Source: Octopus bimaculoides (taxonomy: Eukaryota). Taken from it: 64,000 bases of DNA. Under the pieces are notes generated by a model. The model worked only from the letters and a program-made list of their open reading frames with translations. It had not been told where the DNA came from and did no database searches. This document shows, in pieces, positions 22,348 to 37,200 of the stretch (position 1 is the first letter of the stretch; each line of letters begins with the position of its first letter). Both the position numbers and the translations under genes were made by a program. Where the stretch lies: positions 90,982,813 through 91,046,812 of the forward strand of contig NC_068986.1 in the NCBI RefSeq assembly GCF_001194135.2, read 5' to 3'.

Positions 22348-25300
22348 CTTGCTAGTGATAAAGTTTCTGCACAGTCACTTAAGCTGCTCAAAAAAGCAGC
22401 CAAATGTCTTGCAGCAAACTTCCTGGACTTTTGCAATTGCGACCATATTTAAAAAAAAAATATTGGTGCAGTATGCCATACATTGATTATGGGAAAGCTA
22501 TATTGAGAAATATAGCTTTGCAACAAGGACAAAAGTCATCATCATCATCATCATCGTTATCATCATCACTGTCATGGTAGGAAAAGAGAGGGTGAAAGCA
22601 TCTGTATAGAGGCTTCAGTTGTACCCTTCCTGTACTGATTTTAAATCTCATCAAAGTTAATGAAGATTTTTCATTAACCCCCACCCCACCCCTTGCCGTG
22701 TCATTGGGAGAAAACCGGTGAAGTTTGAATTCACAGTGGATGGGGAGGAAAGAGATTAAGACTGTTAATGTTATTAGTTGAAATGGTGTGGATATTTGCG
22801 AGAATCAGTTTACAGAAACTTTACAGTATTTAATTTGAGTTCTGTTCACTATTTTACATTCAAATCTTGCCTTTCACTTTGTCCTTTTAATTCCTTTTGG
22901 ATGGGAGTGATTTGATAAAATACATTCCAATAAAATTCCATCTCCTGTAGAATTAGCAATTGTGAATAATTGAAAGAAATCGTTTTCATCACTTCTGTTG
23001 ATTAAAGAAGGAGTGAAAACTTAAATATTTGAATTAAATGCCTTTATAGTAGAAGCAGAAAGAAAGTGGGATTAAACTTTCAAGAAAATTTAATCCTACC
23101 TCCTTTAACATGAATGTCCTAATATTGGATTTGAAAGAAATACAGAGTGGTTGATCTCACCCATGCTAATATAGACAGTTGTGCATAATTCAATGGTGGT
23201 GAGGATGATTAGGAATGTTGGCAATGGCAAAACATCATTTAGGGATTCATTTACAAATAGGAGGAGGAAGACCTTATTCTTTCACCCTTAGAATTAAACC
23301 TGGCCGAGTGACCTCTATCCTTTTTTCCTTTACATCAGTTCTGAGACAGTGAGGCAGCCTCTACATAGTTATGCAATCTGCTTGAAATAGCAACTAAATT
23401 TCCTTCAAGCCAGACTTAACATGTTAAAAAGAAGTTAGTTTAAATTTCAAGATGTAGTTATAGGTATCGTGTCTGAGAATATGATTGGATGGTCATGGCT
23501 GAAATGCCTTGATTATAGGTGTGATTGACTAAACTCCACACACAACCAAACACAAAACAAAATGTGTTTAGTATATTTTTGAATGAAGACTATAACAAGG
23601 GTAGATATTGTATACTGAATTAACAGGTTGCCCCTAAATATCTAATGAAACTCTAGATCTGACCAGAAATAGATCAATGTCACCATGACTTGGCACTACA
23701 ATTAATATCATTGCTATAACAAAACAATATATGAAGATAAACAGTGTGATTTGAGCCAGATTCTAAAATAATTGCATAACTAGAATATCTGGCATGCTGG
23801 ATTTGTGAGTCATCTGCAAAACAGTTGATCAGTTATTTTTGATATCTTGGATAACCGAGAAAGAGCTTACTGAGACTAAACAAAAGTAAATAAAGGAAAA
23901 AAAAAATCAGATAAAATTGAAAATATGTGCAAAACAATAAAACGAATTTTAAAAAGCCCTAATTGCAGACAGTGAGACAATTATGCTGTGCTTTATCTTC
24001 TCATCAATACACACAGAAATAAATGCTAATACTTGACAAACAAGATTCCCCAGAAACATCAAAAACTCAACTGACATGGGTAGACATGTCACAAAAGAGA
24101 ATTATCAGAAATTATTGTACTTAATTTTAAATTCATAGCTGTCAGTAATACTCCAAAACTCATTTACAAAATTTCACATGAAATTCATTACAACTCTTTT
24201 TATAGTTTTCTGGGGTTTTTTTTTTGGTTTTTTTTTAATATTGTCTACTGGTTTTGCTTCAGTTTAATTCTCTTCCCCATACTCTTTTATTTATCAATCT
24301 GTTCAAGATTCTCATTTTCTAGATCATATTTTTATTTACAATTTCTCAGGCACAAGAACCCATTGTGCCAGGACTCAACTCTGGTTTCTGTGGTGCTAAG
24401 CTGAGAAAAATTCCTCCCAAGCCAAGGAATTTGGAGTTATTGCAGATGGCTTTCTCTGCAATGGAATTGAACTCAGCATACATGTTAATAAAGTTGATAT
24501 TGTTGCCACTGCTTACACTGTTGAACTAGACGATGTGCAGCACTTAGTAAGAGTTAAGTGTCTTGACAACCAGTGACAAGACACAAATAGGTGACTTCTC
24601 ACTTGGTTGTCTGACTCTATTAATTTGGCCATCCAGTTAAAGGTTAAGTTTCTCTCTTCCCCCTTTCTCTTTCTCTCTGCAAGTCCATTACAGTTTTATG
24701 TAAAAACCTACTTTTGTGTTCCTAATATCAGTTTGTTATAACAGGAAACAAACGGATATTTTATTGAATTCCACCAAAATCTTTATTGATTATGAAAATT
24801 GATTGAAACACATAGGCAGTCTGCTGTTGCAAGAAATATGGTCAGTAATGGGTTAAACATTTTGGTTGTAGTCTGCTGTGAAAAGAAATAGGTCAATAAT
24901 GGATTGTTGATATTTAACTCTGGGTTGTCAACCATGACTGAGTTATATATGATAAAAAGTATTCTAGCCATGAATGTCTCAACTTAAGTTTTAATGGGTT
25001 TTTTTTTTGTTTTTTAATGCATGCTTTGTTTTTTTTTTAAGACAGTAAGGTGTGGTTTGAGGAAATTTTGGTTGCTATTACCAGCAGGTTGAATGACATT
25101 ATAGGATTTCCCTGGTTGGTTTGGTTTAAACACATCGATAACAGTTTACTGTTGCAAAAACTATGATCAGTAACAGGTCCTTTTTTTTAAAATCCCGAGT
25201 CAGCCTCAGCTGATTTATGATCAAGAATGTTGAATGACCACATAGAAATTCCCTCATTTGCTTGGTCAGATTTTAAAAGAGATATGGTCAGTAAGGGTTT

Positions 25301-27849
25301 TTGTTATTGTTTAGTTCCAGGTTAGACCTGACTGAGCAGGCATTCCAACCATGACCATCCTGGGCCTTTTTTTGTGTAATGATTAGCATTCTGGAATCCA
25401 GCAATCCAAGTTCATGTCTTGGTGAGATCTCATTACTTAAGATGTGGCTGTCAGGTCCGGAACAGCTGTGTGGTAAGAAGTTTGCTTCCTAACCTCATGG
25501 TTCAAAGTTCAGTTGCACTGTGTGACCTTTAGACAAAGGTCATAAACCCTGGCTGACCAAAGCCTGCTGAGTTGATTTGGTAGATGGAAACTGAAAGAGA
25601 AGAGATGTAGGTTGGTTTGTTGGGGTAGGGCGAGGGAAAAATATTTTTGTTATGTGTGGGTGGAACACCCAGTTCGGCGGGGCTAGCAGATAGCAATAAT
25701 AGAATGAGACAGGACATGTGGGTAGAATGCACAGGTCGGGGGGGGCAAGCGGAGAGCAATTATACAGTGGTACAGGGCCAAGAGGACAGGATTGGGGAGT
25801 GGGAGGTAATTACAGTACATGAAGTGGAAATGTGTTGAAGAGAGATGTAGAAATGCAGTTTGATTTGTTGTGGTAGAGTGTGTGAGAAGTTTTTTTGTTA
25901 AGCGTGGGTGGAACACACAGTGCTTCTAGAACTCAGTTTTATTGATGTGGGCAGGTCGTCTCAAGAACTTCATATCACCAGACATCTCGGTCCATTGTCA
26001 TTTCCTCTGTGAGGCCCAACTTCCTGATATATATACATAGATATTATATGTGTCTTTGTGTCTGTTTGACCCCCAGTACTGTTTGACAATTGGTGTTGGT
26101 GTGTTTACATCCCTGTAACTTAGTGGTTCAGCAAAAGAGACTGATAGATTATGTATCAGGTTTAAAAAATTAAGTACTGGTGTTGATTCGTTCAACTAAA
26201 ATTCTTCAAGGCAGTGCCCCAGCATGACTGACACAAGTAAAAGATAAAAGATATATTATGTTTATATTAACTAATACAGCCTTCTTTTTTTAAGACAACA
26301 GAATGTTATACAAACATTTATTGTTGTTTTACTACTAACAGGTTGAAAAACTATATAGAGGCATACCTTATTGGGTTGTTTGATAATACTAATTAACTGA
26401 CTGCTTTTATCAAAAATTTTGAAATAATTGGAAGCTTTTTGCATAAATTTTAGCAGCCAACACCTTGTTTCTTAGCTGTTCTCTCTCTTTCTCTCTTTTC
26501 TTTTCTCTCTTTTTTTTTTGTGTGTAATAGAGAGAAAGAAAATAAACAATATGTATGTGGCTTCTCTCATTAGATCAGGATGGAAAATAGTCTTTAAATA
26601 ACTTTCCAATTAACATATATATATATACACATATGCACGTACACACCCATCTATCTATATATATATACACACACATATGCACGTACACACCCATCTATAT
26701 ATATATATATATATACATACACACCCATATATACACACACACACATATATACATATATGTATGTGTATATGTATGTATGTATAGATAGATTGATAGATAA
26801 ATAGATAGATAGGCAGATATGAAAGCAAACAAAAAGTAAAATGATAAATTAATTGGAACCACTATTACAATGAACAACACAATTGTAGTAGTGGTCGCAG
26901 TAGTAGTAATAATGGGTAATGAGAAAACAACTTTGGCATTATGAAAGCTATATATACAATATAAGGAAGTTAGCAGACATAAAGAAGTAGTGAGTGTTAA
27001 TGCTGGGGAGCTGTTCCTTCCATACCATTATGGAGAAAACAGTCAAAATAATGAATGTTGTGTCTGTTAGTCATATAACTTATCTTAAGGAAATGTTATA
27101 GTTGTAAAAAAAAATGTGGAGGAGTATAATCATGGTCTGATAAAATAGTCACAAATATATATATTAGGAGGTGCAGGCATGGTTGTGCTGTAAGAAGTTT
27201 GCTTCCCAATCACATGGCTTTGGGTTCAGTCCCACTGCATGACATCTTTCGCAAGTGTCGTCTACTATTGCCCTAGGCCAACAAGAACCTCATGAGTGGG
27301 TCTCACAGGTGGAAACTGAAAGAAGGCTGTCACCTATCTTTGTGTATGCGTGTTACTGACTACTTGTCTTGACCTAACATAATAGTGTCCCCTTCATTTG
27401 TTTCCAATCTTGTGTGCAAATATGTCTGTTCTTGAGGAAATATTACCTTACTTCGAAAAAGGTCACACTTTCAAGACCAATAAAGACCCATTGGTATAGT
27501 AATGTTGATCTAAACTACCTGCAGCCCTGGCTCAAATTTTGCAGCCTACATGGATCAATTGAATCATTTAGAGTAACGAACTGATGCCTTGCAGTAAGTG
27601 TTCTAGCCTTTTGCATTCTGAGTTCAATTCTCCTGGAGGGATAAAAGAAATTTTCAGTTAAATGCTGGGGCATATTTAATTGAGTCAAATTTCCTTGTAA
27701 ATTTCTTGCTTTGAGCCTAAATTAGAAACAATTATTATCAGAGAGTGGGGGATAGCAGACTTGATAGTGTCAAAATAACTTAGAACATAGATGTGCATGT
27801 GTACACACACACTTGTGCATTATAATGGCAACTGATGCAGGCAGTATGG

Positions 27850-28190
27850 AAACTTAACAAAGAAGAAATATACTAGATATATGCGTAGTCTAAAGTAAAA
27901 GGAGAAAAATATCAACAAAGACAACACAATGCTATGTGAAAGGCATGAAATTGATATTGAAGTAAAAGAAGTTATAGAAATTCTTATTCAGTAAGTGAAA
28001 TGAAAATGCAGAGAATACAAAAGAGTTTTGAGAATGGAACAAAGCAACTGAAGCAAAATAATATGTTCCAAGACGATTAACGAAGATTTTAAAGAAATTT
28101 AAGAACAATTAATAAACACATTTGAATGAAAAAACAAATTTTAGAAATTTTGGAAAAGATTTGAGAAGAGAATAAAACCTATGTAAAACC
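27850..28190 (+). mobile_element. Highly decayed non-LTR retrotransposon fragment, R4/Dong-like
   Basis: KQNNMFQDD*RRF*RNL resembles the QNxLFxxNQKRFYxxL segment upstream of R4-clade RT; many stops. Confidence 0.4.
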
Positions 28191-28821
28191 ATTATGAAAA
28201 TAAATTAATAAAAGAACTCAAAGTAAAATGTGTTTTATATATATATATAAAACCGCCTAGAAATAACAGCCAAATTCCCCTCAAATCATATCCTACTCCC
28301 TTATAAAAAGGAAAGACACTGGATAACCAAGTCCTGGTAATTTGTCTGGTGCATGTGTGGGAATGAAACCAACAGTGAAGCGACTGTGATAACACATCTG
28401 CTCAATAAGCACTAACCAAGAGGCTAACTCTTACACCACTAGTGCCACCACTACCATTACCTCAACAAGAACAAGTAACATCTGAGATTGTCCACACTTA
28501 GAAGTAAATATTCTGAAGTGCTTTCCTTTCACCATTACTGTTTAGTATAGCCTCTGCATCTTCAAGTGCTGGTAGAATGTATGGTTTGGTACAAAGTCAA
28601 TCGTAAAAAAAATATATATATATATAATCTGAACAAAAATAATGATTTCTAACATTAGCACACAATATTGACTCCAGTACTTGACTGGTGTTCATTTTCT
28701 TAAAACCTCTACCGTTGGAAACACGAAAGGCAGGAAATGAAGTTTAAACAAAAAGGGATGTAATTAAATATCACAAGTTATTTTGTCTGCTGCTTTTCCA
28801 GTTGTGCCAATGCACAAACCA

Positions 28822-29012
28822 TTAGCACACCAGGCAAAATGCTTAGTGGTATTTTGTCCGTCTTCACATTCTGAGTTCAAATTCCGCTGAGGTCAACTCT
28901 GCCTTTCAACCTTTTGGGGTTGATGAAATAAGTACCAGTATAGTACTGGTGTAGATGTAATCAATTTACCCACTTCTCACAAATTTCAAGTCTTGTGCCT
29001 ATAATAGAAAGG

Positions 29013-29050
<38 letters not shown>

Positions 29051-29204
29051 TATGCACAAATGTTTAACTGTTGGATTCAATGTCCTTGATACCAAAGTTA
29101 GCCTCAGCAGAAATTGAACTCAGAGCATAAAATATAGATGAAATGCTGCTAATCATTTTGCCTGGCATGCTAATGCTTCTACCAGCTTGCCACCTTATTA
29201 TAAT

Positions 29205-29289
<85 letters not shown>

Positions 29290-30014
29290 TAAAGCTGAAA
29301 GAATATTTTTTTGAGAAAACTAATAATAATAATATTAATAATAGTTATCCTTTCTACTATAGGCACAAAGCCTGAAATTTGGTGGGAGGGAACCAGTAGA
29401 TCAACCTCCAGTATACAACTGGTACTTAATTTATCAACCCCTAAAGGATGAGAGGCAAGTCGACCTCAGCAGAATTTGAACTCAATATGCAGCAATAGAA
29501 AAATACCACTAAGCATTTCGCCTGGTGTGCTAGTGATTCTGCCAGCTCGCTGCTTTAATAATAATAATAATATTAATAATAATTATGATAATAATAATAG
29601 TAATAATAATTCTTTCTCATTTTGGCAGAAGGGCAAGAATTTTAAGGGGAGAAGGCAAGTCGATTTCATCAATTCCAGTACATGATTGGTAATATATTTT
29701 ATTGATCTCAGAAGGATGGAAGATGAAATTAACTTCAATGGGATTTGAGCTCAAGATATGCTAACAATCCTGCCTGCTTTCCTCCTTAATAGCAATAATC
29801 CTTTCTAGTATTGGCACAGGACCTGAAATCTTTGAGGAAGGGCGATGGTAATTTACATTGACCACAGTGCTCAACTGTACCATTTTCATTGTCTCTGAAA
29901 GGATGAAAGGCAAAGTTGATCTTGGTAGAATTTGAACTCAGAACATAAAGCTGGATGAAATGCTGCTAAGCATTTTGCCCTGGGTGCTAATGCCTCAGCT
30001 AGCTTGCAGCCTTC

Positions 30015-30060
<46 letters not shown>

Positions 30061-30297
30061 TAATAGTAATAATAATAATTTAACAGTTTCAAATTTTGGC
30101 ACAAAGCATGCAATTTTAGAGGAATGGTAAGTTGATTATATTAGCTCCAGTGTTCAACTGGTACTTATTTCTTCAGCACTGAAAGGGTGAGAGGCAAAAT
30201 CAACCTCATTGGAATTTGAATCCAGAACATAAAGAGCCAAGAGAACTGCCACTAAGCCTTTTGCCCAACATTCTAATGGTTCTGCCAGCTCGCCACT
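28822..30297. mobile_element. Cluster of six tRNA-derived family-A SINEs separated by (TAA)n: one on +, five on -
   Basis: Each has TTAGCACxCCAGGCAAAATGCTTAG, GAGTTCAAATTC (B box) and CTTTGCCTTTCATCC modules. Confidence 0.85.
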
Positions 30298-30319
30298 GTA
30301 ATAAATAATAATAATAATA

Positions 30320-30697
30320 ATTCTTTTATTTGTTTCAGTCATGTGACTGTGATCATGCTGGAGCACCACCTTTAGTTGAACAAATCGACCCCAGCACTTA
30401 TTCTTTGTAAGCCTAATACTTATTCTATCAGTACCTTTTGCCGAACTGCTAAGTTATGGGGACATAAACATACCAACATCGGTTGTCAAGCGATGATGGG
30501 AGTACAAACACACACACACACACACATATATACGATGGGCTTCTTTCAGTTTCTGTCTACCAAATCCACTCACAAGGCTTTGGTCGGCCCGAAGCTATAG
30601 TAAAAGACACTTGCCCAAGGTTTCATGCAGTGGGACTGAACCTGGAACCATGTGGTTGGTAAGCAAGCTACTTACCACACAGCCATCCCTGTGCCCA
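30320..30697 (-). mobile_element. Family-B1 SINE (tRNA head, CTTGGGCAAGTGTC core, internal (TG)n, GACTGAAACAAATAAAAG tail)
   Basis: Same architecture at 31520-31890 (+), 47535-47925 (+), 50025-50436 (-) and 58085-58470 (+). Confidence 0.85.
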
Positions 30698-31638
30698 ATA
30701 ATAATAATAATAATGATAATAATAATAGTAATAATTTACATGAAGGTTATTAAAGGGCATAAAATATTATACAAACAGTAAAATTTTTATAGTTTTACTA
30801 ATGCCATTGAATGTGGTTTTGACATGTGTATCAGAGCCATTTTCTAATGAGACAAACTGACAATATTAACAAACACCAATGTTGAAATTAATCTGATTAC
30901 ATGAGAATCTGTGGCAGGTGAAGCATGCAAATATGTCAGTGTGAATAAAGGAGATGAGATAAAATATGTCAGAGTGAAGCATAAGATTTAAAAGGAATAC
31001 ATCCAATGATTCAAAATATTTCTGAAATGCAAATTGAATTTCAGAAATGAAGTAATCAGCACTTTGACCACTCTGGCAGTAATTTACAATTTCAATATAA
31101 TAAACTGGAAGTAACTCCAATTATCAAAGGAGAATCTCTACTAGGGTGTTCAACTTGTTAGAAATAACATTTAAATCATCCCCAAGTTCTCATTCTGCTG
31201 CCTTAAAAAGAAACACATAACATATTGAATAATGTAGTCCTAAATACACTGTCTAAAACAAGCACGGGCAACAATTCTGAGAAACAAGCCACATGAGACA
31301 TGGATAATCACTAGGTGGACTTTACTAAAAAATTAGAGGTTATTTTTTTGTTTTTTTTGTTTTATGTGCCATTTAGAAAGTCCTGTGCAAGCCACAGTTT
31401 GCCCATGACTGGTGAAAAAGAAAAAAAATTGCTGTAATGAATTTCATCATAGGCCTGCTTGACCAGGGCTGGCTTTGGATTAAACTTCAACAACTAGATG
31501 AGAAATGAGAGTCAACAAATTCAGTCCCACTGCATGGCACCTCGGGCAAGTGTCTTCTACTATAGCCTTTGGCCAACCAAAGCCTTGTGAGTGAATTTGG
31601 TGGATGGAAACTGAAAAAAGCCCATTGTGTATATATAC

Positions 31639-31680
<42 letters not shown>

Positions 31681-33229
31681 TTATGCATGTATGTTTCTGT
31701 CTTTGTCCTCCCCCCGTCATTGCTTGACAACTGATGTTGGTATGTTTAGGTCCCTGTAACTTAGCAGTTCAGCCATAGAGATTGGTAGAGTAAGTACCAG
31801 GATTACAAAGAATAATCCTTGGGGTCAATTTCTTTGACTAAAACTCTTTAAGGTGGTGCTCCAGCATGGCTGCAATCAAATGACTGAAACAGGTAAAAGA
31901 AAACAATTAACAATGTTACAATTACATTTTCTAAAACCTGACACACAAGGTTTTTTATATATATATATTTATATATGTAGGCACAAGTCAAAGAGTGTCC
32001 CTTATTTAAATATTATACTCTTAAGGGAAGGAAATATTTTGGATAATGTAGTCTTAAATACAGGATACTTTAAACAAAGATTGAAAGATCAAGATTTGAA
32101 CACCTTGTCGATAAGTCTACTTAATCTGTTGAGAAAATAGTAAGAAGAGGTGTTATACAGTTGCACAAAATGTAAAAAGCCTTTAAAATTGGTCTAGATA
32201 TGTGGAAATGTGTGAAACCTTGTATTACATATGGCAGGATGACAAAGCTTCTAATATATATGGTAGAAAAACTTGACAAAGCCAAAATGTTGCACCTGCT
32301 ACACCAGGAAGTACAACAAATATGTTTGGTATTTGATGCAGAGAAGAGAAATTGACCTCCTGAGAACCACTTATTGCTTGCTTGGCAATCCTGTTATTTA
32401 TTACGTTACCGAGTCCCAGCCCTTCCATCTTAGACACTATAATCTTTTTTGTTACATTGCCTCCTTTTCACTATTACTGCTGGTCTTGCCTTTGCACTTA
32501 TCCAGTGCAGTATGGCTGGCTACAAAGTTGGTAGAAAGGAAACATGTAATCTGGATTTTTAAAAAATTCTGATATTGCCACTCAAAATTAACCTTAGTAC
32601 TTAGCTGGTGTTCATTTTCTCAACACCCCTTGTTGATAATGAAAGGGAGAAAACTGAACTGAAAACAAAATGGGATGCAATTGAATGCTACAAGCTATTT
32701 TGTCTGCTGCTCAACCAATTGTGTCAATCAACCAAGTAACTCAAATAATTTATATGAAAGATATTATAGTATATAAAATATTTAAAAAACAAAACAAAAC
32801 AGTAATATTTTATTTTTCAGTTTTGTATCTGATTTGCAAGATTCTCAGCTTTTTTCTAATGCCATAAGAGTTTATCATTCCAGTTAATTCATTATATGAA
32901 TATATATGCTTGGAAAAGTAGCATTAATCATGCATATTTGAAGAAAAAACTTTACAAGCATAACTACAGAAGATAAAGACTTAAGGCCAGAGGAGTACAA
33001 CACAGCAATATTTTCAGAAACAATTCCCAAAGCAAATAAATATACCACATTGTAACAAACACCAATCAATATTGGGATTAATAATAATAATAATCATTTA
33101 AGATTAGTAAAAATTTAATTTTCAAAAATAATTCTCCAATTTTTATATAATTTGTTGTAATTTTGTTGTTCTTCTTAATTTTAATTTAATAATGATTTCT
33201 GCTTTTTTTATTTTCTTCTCTTTCCTTCT

Positions 33230-34033
33230 TTCTCTCTCTATCTTTTAACTCTCTCGCTTTTTCTCTCTGTCTGACAATTCCAATATCTCTTATTACTCTC
33301 TCTTTCCCTCCCTCCCTCCCTCTCTGNNNNNNNNNNNNNNNNNNNNNNNNNNNNNNNNNNNNNNNNNNNNNNNNNNNNNNNNNNNNNNNNNTATCTTAGT
33401 TTATCCATCTAACATTTTTTCATTCTCCTTTACACACACCCCACACACACTCTTAATCCATATGTATAAAGTTGCTCTCTCTCTCTCTCTCTCTCTCCCC
33501 CCCATCTCTCTTGATACATACACACTCAGACATACACATGCACACACAGACATGCACATACACACACAGACATACACATACACACACAGACATACACATA
33601 CACACACAGACTTACACATACACACAATGTCTGTTATTTCTCTTACAAAACTGCTATGAACAATTTCTATTTAAAATGTCTGGAAAACATTGTTTTTCTG
33701 TTTCCCTTTCTCTCTCTTTATTTGTGTCTGACTCTCTCCACCTCTATCTATCTATCTATCTATCTATCTATAATTTTCTCCATATCTAGCTCTACCTCCC
33801 TATTCATCTACCTCTGTCTGTCTCAGTCTCTCTCATTATCTCTCTCTCAGTCTCTGTTTCACTCTCTCATTATCTCTCTCACTCACTCTCTCTGATTCTC
33901 TCACTCTTTATATTTACAGTTGTCTCTATCCATCTTTGTATGGCCCTCTCCCTCCTTTCCATTCCTTGCAGTCCTCTTCCTCTCTGTTGTCTCTTCTTAG
34001 CATTCATCTCTACCTGGTCTCATTTTTTTATTC

Positions 34034-34074
<41 letters not shown>

Positions 34075-34250
34075 ACTCTTTCTCTCCTGCGTTCTTTTAT
34101 ATATCTCTGTTGTGCTTTTTAATTTTTTTTCTCTTTTTCTCTCTCCCCTTTACAAAACTTCGAGAAAATCTGTGTGTGGGCATTTTTGTATGTGTGTGCA
34201 CTTTTTTTTTGTGTATAAGTGCATGTGTATGCACTCACTCACGCATGCCT
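33230..34250. repeat. Compound (CT)/(CA)/(TATC) low-complexity region with gap 33327-33390
   Basis: Directly visible; explains many spurious ORFs. Confidence 0.9.
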
Positions 34251-37200
34251 GTTATTTCTGTTTTGAAACTTTTCTGTATTTAACAGAAATGTAAGGAAAC
34301 CAGCTGGGCTATTCAAGTCCAAACAAAACATTAAAATACATTAACATCCGGAATGAATTTATATAAAAAATCTTATTTCACTACTATTTTCCATGGAATG
34401 GATACTACAATCTTCCCTCTACTTTCTTCTTTCTCCAATATCATCTCCTTATTTTCTGAACATGCCGACAATGGATCTCTGTATGATCACTTAGCTTACC
34501 AAAGATAGCAACTAAATCCCTTTCATATCACATCAGCTGAAGAAATATGAAAGGAAAAGTATAAAAAAACGGTGAAAGGAATTCATGGCTAAAATGCTTT
34601 TGACTAGGCCTTTTCTTGATTGGGGCTGAATTATAGTTTAAGAAGGAACTACAACTATTTTCTGGAAGATTCATCTTTTTTCTTCTTTATCATAGACATG
34701 AAGTCATTGAGTGGATGGATAATTGATTCATGTTAATATTCACTGGTTCAAATCAATGGCAGGCATTTTCTTTCTTAGTTGAACGTTGCCTTGATTATCA
34801 GAAATATATTGGAGACTTTCTGAGGGGAAAAGTCACTATATTTCATCTCTCATCCATAAATGCCTGTGAACCTGAAAGATCAAGTAACTGGCTCCATTTG
34901 CTACTTGAATTCATGGAATTAGTATTTTACTTGTATAATTTAAATGTTTCACCTTAGGGCTCTTGGTTAAATGATTAAAAACAAAAATTTAGATTTAAGA
35001 TTTTACTCAAATTATTGAAAAAGCTTATTGCTTTTTTTATTTTTGTTTTATATTAGATCTTAGCACCACCTCCACACTTCTTTTCCTTGTGTATATCATT
35101 TGATTATTTTTAACTATGTGTCTTCCACCTTTTCTTAATAAGCTGTTTGCAAAAATGGCTTCTTGACTCTCAAGCATAAAATTGTTTGCCATCACATTCC
35201 AATTTCCAGCCCACACATGTGCTGTTTCTTCTGCTTGCCTTTCCTACCACTTCTGTATTGAGCTCAGTTTCTTTGAGCAAGTTGGTCTCCTGCCACCTTC
35301 ACTCAAACATTCCCAAGTCACTTGTCTCTCTTCCTCTCGGTTTTTATGTTGTCCTTTGCTCCCTAAATAGTGCACCAACTCTTATGATCACCCCTGCCTT
35401 CCCAGAGTATTGTCCCTCTGGAATCCCTCCCTGCCCATGTATTCTCTACAGCTGTTGACTTGCAACTGTTCAAAGGAAACAGGAACCATATAAACTCCAC
35501 TAGTAAGGGAAGGTCTGAAAGGATTATGGGTGCATACCTTCCTCCAGCACAAAACAATAAAAAGGAGTAAAAAAAAGTAACTTTATTTCAAATGTGAAGT
35601 GAAACCCACATTACAATTAAATTTTAAATGTAAAGTTTATAATTTTTAATTGTAGAACTGTTATAAGATTTCAGCCAGTTAGTTAGCAGTATATTAAGTA
35701 ACCTTACCTTTCCTGAGGTCTCAGTGTAATCATGAAAATAATAGTTAAACTGAACTGAGGTTAATTTGGTTAATATTTATCAACCAACGATCTTTTGTTT
35801 CAGTAATTCTCCCAGTTTTTACATGTGCATCAACTCTTTTGTTTGTTTATTTTGTAACAATCTTTTCTTTTTCACTTTCTGTTGTTCTAGATACAGAAAT
35901 ATATTGATTTCTTGTTTAGCCATTAGATTTCTGATTTATAGACAAGAGAGAACGAAATTATGTGATGTTCATACATTTTTTCATTGGTATCAGTGATATG
36001 AGAGTGAAATGACTAAATTCTAATACTGAAAGCAGAATGCAGATTTTGATTCCTGGGAAATTAAATATATTCTTCAATATGTTTATTGTAGTTGATTAAA
36101 CTGTTTAATTAAACAGATCTACAATTAAAAAATGGACCATCCTGTTTTTTTTTTTCTTTTTCTTGTACTCCTCTTTTCACACGCAAACATCATTTGCAGG
36201 TAGCATAAACGAACATCATACTAGATCTGCACTACTTCTATGAAGAGAGATCATTCAAATATACCATTCTTCAACAGTTATTTGATGCCTTCTTTATTTG
36301 ACCATTTTTGATTCTGATTTAGTACTTATTTCCTAGGTAGATGCACCAGGAAAAATAATATAGTAGAGTTATATGTTTAAATCAAAAGGTACAATAAAAA
36401 TGAGCCTGGCAAGGTTTGAACTCATGACAAATTTAATCACTTAACACTTGGTACCAATGTATCTGAAAATGCATCTCATGCGATGTTATAAAACTTCTCA
36501 TTTTAAAGTGTTCAGGTTGTCGTTTTACTAAATCCAACCAGACTCTTGATTATTTTCAAAATTGACTATTGTTTAACCCTAGGCAGGGCCAGCTTAACAG
36601 CATTATAGGCCCTGAGCAAATCAGTGCACTTGATCCTATAGTATTTATTTTTTGACTACAAGCTACAGCATACTTAGATCAGAATTAGAGCCTTAGACCT
36701 GTAAGACTCCTGGCTAACTTCCCAGTGTACCCATGCCTTAAAGCAGCATTGACATCAAGTCTGCTCTAACCCAGCAGACTTGTGATCAAAGGCATTCCAG
36801 CTGTGATCACTCTTTCTTTACAAATATTTAAGACTACATTGTTCAGTGTGTCTTATTTCTTTAAATCACGAGATCAAGTTTTGGAAAAATTTCCATAGAA
36901 GCTCCCTTGTTTCAAAATTAATGGAGAGATTTAAACAATATTTTATAAGAAATATGGTCACAAAACAGTTAAAACATTGTATTTTAATCACTTTGTACTG
37001 CAATTATTTATTTCTATATATATTCAACTTTACTGAATTTTCCAATACATTTTTCCCTTGGATAGTAGCCAGACCTAGTTTTGGTATAATATTGATAAAA
37101 TTGCAAGAAAGAGAAAAATAGAAAAGAGATTCTTCTATATTGATACCAGTGGGTGGTTTACTGCATGATTGGACTACTTTCATCTGCCCAACTTTTTTGT

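Noticed and set aside
29064-29375. Poly-Ile/poly-Asn and other homopolymer ORFs (also 57039-57325, 33401-34294, 49238-49561)
   Set aside because: Translations of microsatellites.
28822-30697. CRISPR-like repeat/spacer array
   Set aside because: Units are ~200-bp diverged SINEs in a eukaryotic context; no short identical repeats or cas genes.
32273-32572. 99-aa ORF and similar unassigned ORFs (34730, 35182-35557, 37354, 42281)
   Set aside because: No recognisable motif or consistent splice signals; lengths are compatible with chance or old transposon debris.
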